Below, piece after piece: positions 51,074-61,490 of a stretch of DNA of 64,000 nucleotides. The notes beneath the pieces were generated by a model. That model did no database searches. It saw only the letters and a program-made list of their open reading frames with translations, and was not told where the DNA came from. Position 1 is the first letter of the stretch, and each line of letters opens with the position of its first letter. The DNA comes from an uncultured Actinomycetota bacterium (GTDB lineage Bacteria > Actinomycetota > Actinomycetes > Mycobacteriales > Nakamurellaceae), in assembly GCA_963696065.1 (NCBI GenBank), contig CAVOIF010000007.1:208707-272706 (forward strand). Direction: 5' to 3'. The position numbers and the translations under genes are program-made.

Positions 51074-52057
51074 GTGGCAACGGCGAAGGCGGAGCGACTG
51101 CTCAACCTGGTGATCGCCCTGGTCAATTCGCCGCGGTACCGCACCGCGCAGTGGATCAGGGAGAAGGTCGCCGGGTACTCCGACGCGCCCAACGACGAGG
51201 CCTTCTTCCGCACCTTCGAGCGGGACAAGCAGGAACTGCGGGAGCTCGGCATCCCGGTCCAGACCCCGCCGGCCGGCGAGGACGGGTACCGGATTCCGCC
51301 GGTGGACTTCGCGTTGCCCGCGATGTCGTTCACCCCGGCGGAGGCGGCCGCGCTGGCGTTGGCCGGGCGGCTCTGGGAGACGACGGCGCTGGGTACCGCG
51401 GGGACCGGGGCGCTCCGCAAGATCCGTGACGCGGCGAGCGCCGAGGCGCCGCAACCGGGCGCCGACATCACCGCAGACACCCTGCTACAGCCACGGGTCC
51501 GCACCGGCGACCCGGCGTTCGCGCCGTTGTACGCCGCGGTCCGGGCTCGCCGTGCCGTCACCTTCGACTACCGCAAGGACAGCACCGAACCGGCCTCCAC
51601 CCGGCGGCTGCAACCGTGGGGGTTGGTCTCCTTCCGCGGGCGCTGGTACGTCACCGGCTTCGACGAGAGACGCGGCGAGCGCCGCACTTTCCGGCTGTCC
51701 AGGATCGCAGGCCCGGTGAAGGCGGTCGGCCGGCCAGGCGCCGTCACCCCGCCCGCCGACATCGACCTGCTCGCCGAGGTGGCCGCCAGCGTCGAGGTGC
51801 CGGCCGACCGCACCGCAACGGTGCGGATCCGGCCGGGGCTGGCCGCCGGGCTGCGCCGGCATGCCGTGGCCGCGACCGAATCCGCGGACCCACCCGGCTG
51901 GGACCGGGTGACCATCCCGCTCGGCTCGCTGTGGGACACCGCCCGGCGGATCGCCGCCAACGGCCCGGACGTCGTCGTCGAGGAACCGGCCGACCTGGTG
52001 GACGCCACCGTCCGGCTGCTCACCGGAACCCTGCACGGCAGCAGGCAACTGCGATGA
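51074..52057 (+). CDS. pafB: WYL-domain transcriptional activator subunit PafB
   Basis: 'KAERLLNLVIAL', 'RTFERDKQELRELG', WYL 'PWGLVSFRGRWYV...TFRLSRI'. Confidence 0.93.
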   Translation: MATAKAERLLNLVIALVNSPRYRTAQWIREKVAGYSDAPNDEAFFRTFERDKQELRELGIPVQTPPAGEDGYRIPPVDFALPAMSFTPAEAAALALAGRLWETTALGTAGTGALRKIRDAASAEAPQPGADITADTLLQPRVRTGDPAFAPLYAAVRARRAVTFDYRKDSTEPASTRRLQPWGLVSFRGRWYVTGFDERRGERRTFRLSRIAGPVKAVGRPGAVTPPADIDLLAEVAASVEVPADRTATVRIRPGLAAGLRRHAVAATESADPPGWDRVTIPLGSLWDTARRIAANGPDVVVEEPADLVDATVRLLTGTLHGSRQLR

Positions 52058-53016
52058 GCGAGACCGCCACCGACCGGCTGGCCCGGATGCTCGCCCTCGT
52101 CCCCTACATCTCCAGGCGGCCAGGGGTGGCCATCGCCGAGCTCGCGACCGAGTTCGGGGTCAGCGTCGAGCAGATCGGGGCCGACCTCGATCTGCTGATG
52201 GTCTGCGGCCTGCCCGGCTACTACCCGGACGACCTGATCGACGTGGTGCTGGACGACGACGGCGGAACGGTTGCGATCGCCTTCGACGCCGGCATCGAAC
52301 GACCCGTCCGCTTGACCGCAGACGAGGCTTACGCACTGATGGTGGCGTTGCGCGCGCTGGCCGAGATGCCTGGCCTGGTCGACGCGCAGGCCGTGCACTC
52401 CGCGCTGGCCAAGCTGGAAAAGGTCGGTGGCCGAACAGGTGCGGCCACCGACGCGGTCCGGGTGGTCCCGGCCGACCCGGCGCCGGCGCTGGGCGTTGTC
52501 CGGCGCGCGCTCGACGAGACCCGGCGGATCTGGATCCGCTACTACACCGCTTCCCGCGACGCCGTCACCGAACGAACGGTGGATCCACTGCGGCTGCTGG
52601 TCACCGATGGCCATTCCTACCTCGAGGCGTACTGCCACCTGGCCGGGGCGATCCGGCACTTCCGGGTCGACCGGATCGAGGAGGTCCGGCTGCTGGACGA
52701 ACCGGCGCAGGCCACGCTGTGGGTGGACTCGGAGATCCCGGAACGGATCTTCCACCCGGATCCGCAGATCCCGCCGGTCACCCTCACCCTGTCCAACGCC
52801 GCGCGGTGGGTGGCGGAGTACTACCCGATGGAGGAGGTCACGGAGCTCGCCGAACCGGCCGGGTCGCTGCGGGTGCGGATGCGGGCCGGTAGCGACGAGT
52901 GGCTGGCCCGGCTGGTGCTCTCGCTCGGCGGCGACGCGGTGATCGAGGACCGCCCGGAACTCGACACGCTGGTCGGCGAGCGGGCGGCGGCCGCGCTGGC
53001 GGCGTACCAGAACTGA
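52054..53016 (+). CDS. pafC: WYL-domain transcriptional activator subunit PafC
   Basis: 'RLARMLALVPYI', 'CGLPGYYPDDLID', 'RTVDPLRL...YLEAYCH...FRVDRI'; ATGA coupling to pafB. Confidence 0.93.
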   Translation: MSETATDRLARMLALVPYISRRPGVAIAELATEFGVSVEQIGADLDLLMVCGLPGYYPDDLIDVVLDDDGGTVAIAFDAGIERPVRLTADEAYALMVALRALAEMPGLVDAQAVHSALAKLEKVGGRTGAATDAVRVVPADPAPALGVVRRALDETRRIWIRYYTASRDAVTERTVDPLRLLVTDGHSYLEAYCHLAGAIRHFRVDRIEEVRLLDEPAQATLWVDSEIPERIFHPDPQIPPVTLTLSNAARWVAEYYPMEEVTELAEPAGSLRVRMRAGSDEWLARLVLSLGGDAVIEDRPELDTLVGERAAAALAAYQN

Positions 53017-53093
53017 GCCGCCGGCACTCGGAGCGAGCCGAATCATCCGGCTCGTAGGTGACGTTCGGGGCATCGGGGTGTCAGCGTTGCCCG

Positions 53094-53675
53094 ATGAGCG
53101 AAAAGACCGTCCTGCGGTATGAAAACCTGACCAAGGGCCAACGCAAGCGGCTGGCCATCCAACTCGTCCTGCGATCGCTGGTGGTCGCCATCATGCTGTT
53201 CGTCGCGTACTACACGTTGCCGATGAAGAGACCGGAGAACGCCGGGATCGTCGTGCTGGTGGTCGGGGTGCTGGTGCTCGCCCTGGTGCTCACCTGGCAG
53301 ATCCGGGGAATCATGGGATCCCCCTTCCCGCGGTTGCGGGCCTTCGAGACGCTGACCATCGGCGTCCCGTTGCTGTTGATCGTTTTCGCCTCCGCGTACT
53401 ACGTGATCCAGAACGCCGAAGCGAATAGTTTCACCGCGCCGCTGAGCAAGACTGACGCGCTGTACTACACGATCACCGTGTTCTCCACCGTGGGCTTCGG
53501 CGACATCACGGCCAAGTCCGAGCTGGCCCGGATCCTGGTCAGCATCCAGATGATGTTCGATCTGGTGGTGTTCGGGCTCGTTGCGAAGTTGATCTTCGGG
53601 GCGGTCGAGATCGGGCTCAAGAAGCGGACCGGTGATTCTCCGGCGACGCCGGAACCCGGACCGTCCGCACCGTAG
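53094..53675 (+). CDS. Small potassium-channel-like membrane protein (Ion_trans_2 pore)
   Basis: Pore helix and filter 'ALYYTITVFSTVGFGDI'; four hydrophobic segments. Confidence 0.85.
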   Translation: MSEKTVLRYENLTKGQRKRLAIQLVLRSLVVAIMLFVAYYTLPMKRPENAGIVVLVVGVLVLALVLTWQIRGIMGSPFPRLRAFETLTIGVPLLLIVFASAYYVIQNAEANSFTAPLSKTDALYYTITVFSTVGFGDITAKSELARILVSIQMMFDLVVFGLVAKLIFGAVEIGLKKRTGDSPATPEPGPSAP

Positions 53676-53774
53676 AATCGGCCGGGACCACCGGCGGCAA
53701 CGCGCCCGTTCGCATCGAACGCGACCACCGGCGGGTCGCTCCACCCGTGTTGCCGACAGCTGGGAGGTCCGCTC

Positions 53775-54809
53775 GTGCCGATGCGGCTGCCCGCCGGGCT
53801 GCACCTGCCCAAGCTGCGCAGGAAGAAGTCCGACAAGTCGGCCGACGGCACGATGTCGTTGATGGAGCACCTGTACGAGCTCCGTCGTCGGTTGTTCTTC
53901 GCGGTGCTCGGCATCCTGATCGGCACCATCGTCGGCTTCATCTGGTTCGGCCATGGCATCCCGGCGATCGGTTTGCCGAGTCTGTCGGAGATCCTCACCG
54001 GGCCCTATTGCGCCGTCCCGGAATCGGAGCGCCTGGTGCTCGGCGAGGGCGACGGGTGCAAGCTGCTGGCGACCGGTCCGTTCTCGGCGCTCGAACTGCA
54101 GCTGAAGTCGGCGTTGATCGCCGGCACGGTGCTCTCCAGCCCGGTCTGGCTCTACCAGCTCTGGGCCTTCGTCACCCCGGCCCTGTACTCCAAGGAGCGC
54201 CGGTACGCCATCGTCTTCGTCAGCTCAGGGGCGGTGTTGTTCGCGATCGGCGCCGTGCTCGCCTACGTGGTGATCCGCGAGGGCCTGACGGTGCTGCTCA
54301 GTTTCGGTGGGGACGCCACCATCGCGGCCCTGTCGCCGGACAGCTATTTCTCCTTCCTGATCGCCATGTTGATCATCTTCGGGGTGTCGTTCGAGCTGCC
54401 GTTGCTGCTGATCATGCTCAATCAGATCGGCGTGGTGTCCAGCGCCAAACTGGCCAAGTGGCGCCGGTATTCGATCTTCGGCCTGGTGGTCTTCGCCGGC
54501 CTGGTGGTTCCCGGCAACGACCCGATCACCATGCTCGCGCTGGCCATCGCGCTGGTCCTGCTCTACGAGCTGTCGGTACAGGTCACCCGGATCCACGACA
54601 AGCGCGCAGCCAAGCGGCAGCGGCTGAGTGAGTTGTCCGACGACGAGGCCTCCGCGTTGCCGGACGCCGCGGCCGGCGCCGACATCGTCGGCGACCTGGA
54701 GGTGCAACCGGTGGCCGCCGCCCGGCCCATCTCGAGTCCGGAACCAGGGCCGACCCGGCCGACAGGGCCGACCGTTCGCCGGGTCGACGACCTCGGCGAT
54801 GCGACCTGA
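53775..54809 (+). CDS. tatC: Twin-arginine translocase subunit TatC
   Basis: 'MSLMEHLYELRRRL', 'PVWLYQLWAFVTPAL', 'FGVSFELP', 'DPITM'. Confidence 0.95.
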   Translation: MPMRLPAGLHLPKLRRKKSDKSADGTMSLMEHLYELRRRLFFAVLGILIGTIVGFIWFGHGIPAIGLPSLSEILTGPYCAVPESERLVLGEGDGCKLLATGPFSALELQLKSALIAGTVLSSPVWLYQLWAFVTPALYSKERRYAIVFVSSGAVLFAIGAVLAYVVIREGLTVLLSFGGDATIAALSPDSYFSFLIAMLIIFGVSFELPLLLIMLNQIGVVSSAKLAKWRRYSIFGLVVFAGLVVPGNDPITMLALAIALVLLYELSVQVTRIHDKRAAKRQRLSELSDDEASALPDAAAGADIVGDLEVQPVAAARPISSPEPGPTRPTGPTVRRVDDLGDAT

Positions 54810-54947
54810 CCGAACAGCCCAGCCCTATCCCATTCGGGCGATGCCAAGCGCGAACCCAGCGCGGTCTGATGTTCTCTGCTGAGCTAGGCATCGACTCGCG
54901 CTCCAGGTGGCGCAGGAGCCGCTCGACCGACAGGGAGCTGGAACGAC

Positions 54948-56456
54948 ATGGCCGCGAAGATCATCGCCCACCCGAGCACCGCCGACCGCCGCGCAGTGGG
55001 AGCCGACGCGCGGATCGCGACGCCGCTGGAGAGCCATCAGGACTGGAAGCCGGCCGCTGACCGATTCGACCCGGTGGCACTGCTCGAGGAGCAGAACGTC
55101 ACTCGCGAACCCGATCTGGTTCCGGTGCGGCACGGCAGGATGATGGTGTCCCCGTTCACCTTCTACCGGGGCGCAGCGAAGATCATGGCCGCCGACCTGT
55201 CCGCGACACCGACGGCCGGGTTGATCTCACAGCTCTGCGGTGACGCCCATCTGTCGAACTTCGGCGGATTCGCCTCACCCGAGCGGCGGCTGGTCTTCGA
55301 TCTGAACGACTTCGACGAGACCCTCCCCGGGCCGTTCGAGTACGACGTCAAGCGGATGGCCGCGAGCTTCACGATCGCTGCCAGGAACAACGGGATGTCC
55401 GCCGCGGACGGCCGGGCGGCAACGATGGCGTCGGTGCGTTCTTACCGGCAGGCGATGGCCGAGTTCGCGCAGATGGGCGTCATGGACCTGTGGTACGCCC
55501 ACAAGTCAGAGGACGACCTGCAGGTGTCCCTGCGTCAGGTACTTGACGCGTCGCAGGTGAAGCCGGCCAAGGGCAAGACCAAGGATGTCAAGGGCAAGGA
55601 CAGCAAGGGCAAAAGCAAGACGTCCAAGGCGAAGGGCGCGGAGTCCGACCAGGTCCGGGCCGCCCTGAACGCCGAAAAGGCCATGCGCAAGGCACACACC
55701 AGGGACAGCCTGCAGGCGCTGTCCAAGCTGGGGGAGATGGTCGACGGCCGGTACCGGATCGTGAGTCAGCCGCCGGTGGTGGTCCCGCTCCGGGAACTGG
55801 CTTCCGTCGCAGGCATGCCACCCGAGGAGGCCGAGAAGGGCACCCACGAGCTGTTTCGGCAGTATCGGGACACGCTGGAGCACGACCGACGTCACCTGTT
55901 GGAGAAGTTCGAGGTGATCGACGTCGCTCGCAAAGTGGTCGGAGTCGGCTCCGTCGGCACCCGGGCCTTCATCGTGCTGCTGCAGGGCCGCGACGAGAAG
56001 GACCCGCTTTTCCTGCAAGTGAAGGAGGCCACCAAGTCGGTGCTGGAGGATCACCTGCCGAAGAGCCGTTTCACCAACCCCGGGGAACGGGTGGTGCGTG
56101 GTCAACGGATGATGCAGGCCGCCAGCGACATCTACCTGGGCTGGTCGAAGGGAGTCCAGGCCAACAGGTTCTTCTACTGGCGCCAGCTGCGGGACATGAA
56201 GATGTCGGCGACGGTGGAGACCATGTCGAGCTTCGGATTGAACTGGTACGCAGGAATGTGCGGGTGGACGCTGGCCCGAGCCCACGCCAGATCCGGGGAC
56301 CCAGTGGCCATGGCCGAATACCTCGGCGACGGCGATCAGTTCGACCGGTCCATCACCGACTTCTCCGAGCGCTACGCCGACCAGAACGAGCTGGATTACC
56401 AGGCCTTCACCTCGGCCGTGCAGTCCGGTCGCATCCAGGCGGTCCAGGGGGTCTGA
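54948..56456 (+). CDS. DUF2252 family protein (kinase-like fold)
   Basis: 'RHGRMMVSPFTFYRGAA', 'CGDAHLSNFG', 'FDLNDFDE', 'KVVGVGSVG', 'LQVKEA', 'RQLRDMK'. Confidence 0.92.
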   Translation: MAAKIIAHPSTADRRAVGADARIATPLESHQDWKPAADRFDPVALLEEQNVTREPDLVPVRHGRMMVSPFTFYRGAAKIMAADLSATPTAGLISQLCGDAHLSNFGGFASPERRLVFDLNDFDETLPGPFEYDVKRMAASFTIAARNNGMSAADGRAATMASVRSYRQAMAEFAQMGVMDLWYAHKSEDDLQVSLRQVLDASQVKPAKGKTKDVKGKDSKGKSKTSKAKGAESDQVRAALNAEKAMRKAHTRDSLQALSKLGEMVDGRYRIVSQPPVVVPLRELASVAGMPPEEAEKGTHELFRQYRDTLEHDRRHLLEKFEVIDVARKVVGVGSVGTRAFIVLLQGRDEKDPLFLQVKEATKSVLEDHLPKSRFTNPGERVVRGQRMMQAASDIYLGWSKGVQANRFFYWRQLRDMKMSATVETMSSFGLNWYAGMCGWTLARAHARSGDPVAMAEYLGDGDQFDRSITDFSERYADQNELDYQAFTSAVQSGRIQAVQGV

Positions 56457-56537
56457 TCGGTTGGCGGGCCGAGCCGCGGCCTAAGGTTGACCCACCCGAA
56501 TCAGCAGCCCGGCTTGCAACACCGCGAAAGGCGCAAC

Positions 56538-56996
56538 ATGACCGCATCGATCGACCAGCTCGGCCCCGTCGACTACTTGGTCGTCGAGTTCCCCGGCAGC
56601 AACTTCAACGGTGAGATCATGCCCGAGCTGGTGGATCTCGTGGAGCGGGGCGTGGTCAGGGTGCTCGACCTGGTGGTGATCAAAAAGGACGAGGACTCCA
56701 CGTTCGAGGCCTTCGAGTTCGCCGACATCGAGGACGGCGTGCTCGGCGAACTCCGCGAGCTGGAACGCGAGTTCGCCGACCTGCTCAGCGAGGATGACAT
56801 CGCGGCTGTCGTCGACGCCATGGAGCCGGGCAGCACGGCCGGTCTGCTGATCTACGAGAACCTCTGGGCCGCGCCGTTGGCCTCCGCCGTCCGGCGGTCC
56901 GGCGGGCAGCTCGTCGCCAGTGGCCGGATCCCGGTGCAGGCTCTGCTCGCGGTCTTGGAGGACAGCGCGATCGAGGACGCAGCGACGACTGGCTGA
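56538..56996 (+). CDS. DUF6325-like acidic small protein
   Basis: 'LGPVDYLVVEFP', 'VRVLDL', 'YENLWAAP', 'SGRIP'. Confidence 0.78.
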   Translation: MTASIDQLGPVDYLVVEFPGSNFNGEIMPELVDLVERGVVRVLDLVVIKKDEDSTFEAFEFADIEDGVLGELRELEREFADLLSEDDIAAVVDAMEPGSTAGLLIYENLWAAPLASAVRRSGGQLVASGRIPVQALLAVLEDSAIEDAATTG

Positions 56997-57011
56997 TTCC
57001 GCGGTAGTCGC

Positions 57012-58337
57012 ATGTCGCGCTGGGTATGCTTCGCGACGATGAGCATCCATTTGCCTGGCGACGTCGGCGCCGCCCGATCCGACGGCCGGCGCCGTTCGCT
57101 GGTGGCCGCCTGCGTCGGCAATGTCGTGGAGTGGTACGACTTCGCGCTGTTCGCCGCGTCGGCGACAGTGTTCACGGCGGTCCTGACCCCGGGTGACTGG
57201 GCGGGTTTCACCACGGTCTTCGCCGTGCTGGCGATGTCCTGCTTCTTCCGACCGCTGGGCTCTTTGGTGCTCGGGGCCCGCGCCGACCGCCTGGGCCGCC
57301 GATCGACGCTGGCCGCGACGATCCTGTTGATGGCCGGTTCCACAGCGGCGATCGGCCTGCTTCCGCCGTGGGCCGTGATCGGTGCCGCGGCACCGGTGCT
57401 GCTGCTGGGATGCCGCGCCCTGCAGGCTTTCTCGGCCGGCGGCGAGATCGGCGTCTCGGTCGCCTACCTGACCGAGATCAGTCCGGCGGCGCGGCGCGGC
57501 GTGGTCGGCGGGTGGTACCTGAGCACGGTGGCGATCGGATTCGCGGCCGGACTGGGGGCGACCGCTTCGATGGCGGTTCTCCTCGCCCCGGCCGATCTGT
57601 TGGCCTGGGGGTGGCGCATCCCGTTCCTGGCAGCCATCCCGTTGGGCGTCGTCGGTTTGTACCTGCGCCGACGACAGCTGCATGCGGTGGTTCCGGCGCC
57701 TGATGTCGCGGCCAGGGTCAAGCCGACGGTCGTGCTGGCGGAGCATTTCGCGACCGTCCGGCGGTGTTTCCTCATTGCCGCCGCTTACAGCGCGGTCTTC
57801 AACACCTGGTTCATCTTCGTGCCGAGTTACGCCACCGCGACCGGGGCCAGCACCCTGGCCGGAGCACTCGGGTGTTCCCTCGCCGGATTGCTGGCGGCAG
57901 CAGTCACCGCTCCACTGTGCGGCCGGCTCTCCGATCGGGTCGGCCGGCGACCGGTGTTGATGGGCGCCACCGGAACGCTGGTGGTCGTGCTCGTCCCGCT
58001 GTACCTGTGGATGCTGCACGGCTCGACGGTCGCCCTGCTGGTCGGCGCTGTCGTCGTCGGCGGCGTGATCGGGGCCTTCGTGTTGCCGGCGTTCCTGGCC
58101 GAACAGTTCCCGGGACCGGTCAGGGCCACCGGGCTGGGTCTGGCGTACGGCCTGGGCAGCGCGGTGGTCGGCGGAACCGCGCCACTGCTGGCGACGATCC
58201 TGACCCAGCGGCTCCCGGTTGTCGTCGTCCCGGTCTATCTGGCGTGCTGGGCGGTGGTTGCCCTGGTGGCGGTGATCCGGTCACCCGAGACCAGGACCGT
58301 CTCGGCCGGTGCGGCCTTGGAGCCGGCCTCTATCTGA
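57012..58337 (+). CDS. MFS transporter, metabolite:H+ symporter (ProP-like)
   Basis: 'GNVVEWYDFALF', 'RPLG...ADRLGRR', 'QAFSAGGE', 'LSDRVGRRP'. Confidence 0.9.
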   Translation: MSRWVCFATMSIHLPGDVGAARSDGRRRSLVAACVGNVVEWYDFALFAASATVFTAVLTPGDWAGFTTVFAVLAMSCFFRPLGSLVLGARADRLGRRSTLAATILLMAGSTAAIGLLPPWAVIGAAAPVLLLGCRALQAFSAGGEIGVSVAYLTEISPAARRGVVGGWYLSTVAIGFAAGLGATASMAVLLAPADLLAWGWRIPFLAAIPLGVVGLYLRRRQLHAVVPAPDVAARVKPTVVLAEHFATVRRCFLIAAAYSAVFNTWFIFVPSYATATGASTLAGALGCSLAGLLAAAVTAPLCGRLSDRVGRRPVLMGATGTLVVVLVPLYLWMLHGSTVALLVGAVVVGGVIGAFVLPAFLAEQFPGPVRATGLGLAYGLGSAVVGGTAPLLATILTQRLPVVVVPVYLACWAVVALVAVIRSPETRTVSAGAALEPASI

Positions 58338-58395
58338 CCGGCCCGGCGGACGCCCGGGTCGCCGATCGGTGCCCCGGCTGTGTCACCCTGGACTG

Positions 58396-61233
58396 GTGAC
58401 GCCACACGGTTGGACCGACGAATCGGACGTCTCACCAGCGGCCCAGTTCACCGATGCCGCCCTGCGACGGGATCATCCGCATCTGGCCGAATTCACCTTG
58501 ACCCGGCCGTTCACCCTCGATCCGTTCCAGATCGACGCCTGCCGCGCGCTCGAGGACGGCCACGGCGTGCTGGTCTGTGCGCCGACCGGCGCCGGGAAGA
58601 CGGTGGTCGGCGAGTTCGCCGTGCACCAGGCGCTGGCCACCGGCGGCAAGTGTTTCTACACCACGCCGATCAAGGCGTTGTCGAACCAGAAGTTCGCGGA
58701 CCTGATCGCGCAGTACGGTCCCGAGCGGGTCGGCCTGCTGACCGGCGACACCTCGATCAACTCCCATGCGCCGGTGGTGGTGATGACCACCGAGGTACTG
58801 CGCAACATGCTGTACGCCGGTTCGTCCGATCTGACCGGGCTCACCCATGTGGTGATGGACGAGATCCATTACCTGGCCGACAAGTTCCGTGGGGCGGTGT
58901 GGGAGGAGGTGATCCTGCACCTGCCAACAGAGGTGCAGGTGGTCGGGTTGTCGGCCACGGTCTCCAATGCGGAGGAGTTCGGCGCCTGGCTGGCCGAGGT
59001 GCGCGGCGAGCTGACCGTCGTGGTCGACGAGATCCGGCCGGTGCCGCTGTGGCAGCACATGCTGGTCGGGCGACGGCTCTACGACCTGTTCAGCGGGGCC
59101 GATCCGGTGGCCGCCGAGCCGGCCGGCGCCCGGTTGCGGATCGACCCGGCGCTGGTCCGCGCGGTGCACGACGCGGAGGCGATGACGGACCGGTTCTTCT
59201 CCGGTCGACCCCGCCGGGGTGGCCCGGGTCGCGCGGACAACGGCCGTGGGCACGGCGGTCGACCGAACGGTGAGCGGTCGGAGGGGTTCCGCGGTGGTGG
59301 CCACGGCGGGGGCTGGCGTCCACCGGCCCGGGTCGACGTGATCGAGCGGCTCGACGGCGCCGGACTGCTGCCGGCGATCACCTTCATCTTCTCGCGGGCC
59401 GGGTGCGATGCCGCGGTGACCCAGTGCGTCCGTTCCGGGATGCGATTGACCACCGAGCGGGAACGCGCCGAGATCAGGCAGATCGTCGATCGGCGCACCG
59501 CCGATCTGGTGGAGGCCGACCTGGGCGTGCTCGGCTACTGGGAGTGGCGGGAGGCGCTGGAACGCGGGATCGCCGCCCATCACGCCGGTTTGCTCCCGAT
59601 GTTCAAGGAGACGGTCGAGGAACTGTTCGTGGCCGGCCTGGTGAAAGCGGTGTTCGCCACCGAGACGTTGGCGCTCGGTATCAACATGCCCGCCCGCACC
59701 GTGGTGCTGGAGAAGCTGAGCAAATACAACGGCGAGGGCCACGCCGACCTGACCGCGGGGGAGTACACGCAGCTCACCGGCCGCGCGGGCCGACGTGGCA
59801 TCGACATCGAGGGCCACGCGGTGGTGATCTGGGGTCCGGGAATGGATCCGCGCGCGGTCGCCGGCCTGGCTTCCCGCCGTACCTATCCGCTGCGGTCGTC
59901 GTTCCGGCCGAGCTACAACATGGCCGTCAATCTCGTCGGTCGCCTCGGCCGGGAGGCGGCACGGGACCTGCTCGAGCAGTCGTTCGCGCAGTACCAGGCC
60001 AACGCCGCGGTGGTCGGGATGGCGCGCCAGGTGAGCCGGAACGCCGAGGCCATCGCCTCGCATGAGACGGCGATGCAATGCCATCTCGGGGACACCGCGT
60101 CCTACCTCGCGCTCCTCAACGATCTGGCCGCCGCCGAGAAGGAGTTGGCCCGCGCCGGGGCGTCCCGTCGGCGCGACGAGACGGCGCGCGATCTCGCGGG
60201 GTTGCGTCGGGGGGATGTGGTCGAGGTGCCCACCGGACGGCGCGCCGGCCTGGCCGTGATCCTCGACCCGGGAGTGGCCACCGATGGGTCCGCCCGCCCG
60301 CTGGTGGTCACCGCTGGCAGCTGGGCCGGTCGGTTGACCTCCGCCGACTTCCGCGGTCCGGTGCCGTCGCTGGGCCGACTGAAGCTGGGCAAGTTCACCG
60401 ATCACCGGTCGCCCAAGGTGCGGCGCGACCTCGCCTCCGCGCTCGCCTCGTCCGGAATCCGGGCCGCCGGCCGCGGGTCCCGCCGCGAGCCGGTCGAGGA
60501 GTTCGACCTGACGGTGCTGCGCCGCGCGGTGCGCGCGCACCCGGTGCACGGCTGCGCCGATCGTGAGGAACACCTGCAGTGGGCCAGGCGATGGCGCCGG
60601 CTGACCGTCGAGAACGAGGCGCTGGCCGCCAAGGTGGCCTCGGCAACGGGATCGCTGGGCAAGGCGCTGGAGGAGATCATCGGTCTGCTGACCGAGCGCG
60701 GATATCTGCGCGGGGACAAGGTCACCGCCGACGGCAAGGTGCTCGCGCGGATCTGGTCGGAGAGCGATCTGGTGGTCGCCGAATGCCTGCGTCGCGGGAC
60801 CTGGGACGGGCTGGCGGCGCCGGATCTGGCGGCTGTGGTGTCCTGTCTGGTCTTCGAATCCCGCCGTGAGGCGCCGGGAGCAGCCCGCACGCCGTCCGGC
60901 GATGCCGCGCACGCCATGCTGGAAACCACCAGGGTCTGGGCCGAGATCGCCGGCCGGGAAAGGGCTCTCGGCCTTCCGCCGACCAGGGACCCGGATCCCG
61001 GGTTCGCAGCCGGAGTGGCCGCCTGGTGCCGCGGCGGCACCCTGGCCGAAGCGCTCACCGTGACCATCGCCGGCGGCACCGACCTGTCAGCCGGAGATTT
61101 CGTCCGGTGGTGCCGGCAGGTGATCGATCTGCTCGATCAGATCGGCGGTGTGGAACCGGGTTCGGTCGGTGTCGCGGCCCGCTCGGCGGTCGGGGCGCTG
61201 CGTCGAGGTGTCGTTTCGATGGGTTCGGTCTGA
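58396..61233 (+). CDS. helY: Ski2-like DEAD/DEAH-box RNA helicase HelY (start approximate)
   Basis: 'APTGAGKT', 'TPIKALSNQK', 'MDEIHY', 'LSAT', 'HHAG', 'QLTGRAGRRG', C-terminal DSHCT 'GDFVRW'. Confidence 0.93.
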   Translation: MTPHGWTDESDVSPAAQFTDAALRRDHPHLAEFTLTRPFTLDPFQIDACRALEDGHGVLVCAPTGAGKTVVGEFAVHQALATGGKCFYTTPIKALSNQKFADLIAQYGPERVGLLTGDTSINSHAPVVVMTTEVLRNMLYAGSSDLTGLTHVVMDEIHYLADKFRGAVWEEVILHLPTEVQVVGLSATVSNAEEFGAWLAEVRGELTVVVDEIRPVPLWQHMLVGRRLYDLFSGADPVAAEPAGARLRIDPALVRAVHDAEAMTDRFFSGRPRRGGPGRADNGRGHGGRPNGERSEGFRGGGHGGGWRPPARVDVIERLDGAGLLPAITFIFSRAGCDAAVTQCVRSGMRLTTERERAEIRQIVDRRTADLVEADLGVLGYWEWREALERGIAAHHAGLLPMFKETVEELFVAGLVKAVFATETLALGINMPARTVVLEKLSKYNGEGHADLTAGEYTQLTGRAGRRGIDIEGHAVVIWGPGMDPRAVAGLASRRTYPLRSSFRPSYNMAVNLVGRLGREAARDLLEQSFAQYQANAAVVGMARQVSRNAEAIASHETAMQCHLGDTASYLALLNDLAAAEKELARAGASRRRDETARDLAGLRRGDVVEVPTGRRAGLAVILDPGVATDGSARPLVVTAGSWAGRLTSADFRGPVPSLGRLKLGKFTDHRSPKVRRDLASALASSGIRAAGRGSRREPVEEFDLTVLRRAVRAHPVHGCADREEHLQWARRWRRLTVENEALAAKVASATGSLGKALEEIIGLLTERGYLRGDKVTADGKVLARIWSESDLVVAECLRRGTWDGLAAPDLAAVVSCLVFESRREAPGAARTPSGDAAHAMLETTRVWAEIAGRERALGLPPTRDPDPGFAAGVAAWCRGGTLAEALTVTIAGGTDLSAGDFVRWCRQVIDLLDQIGGVEPGSVGVAARSAVGALRRGVVSMGSV

Positions 61234-61490
61234 GCGGTGTCTTGCGGCTGGAACGACGCGGCCGCCGTGTGCATGGGCCAAACCGGGTTACTGCCCGGTC
61301 GGGGCGCGGCCGTCAGGTATCAGCCGGGTGGCCGGTGTGCTCTCTGGTTCTGCTGCGGAGCGGCCTCGGATGCCTTTCCCCGGTGACACCGGGCCAGGTT
61401 TCCGCAGCCGCGTTCCACGCCCGTTGATCGCGGTCATGGTTGGATCATTCACAGGCGCCGGTGCAGGTCGGCGTGATCGAGGAGGATGCG

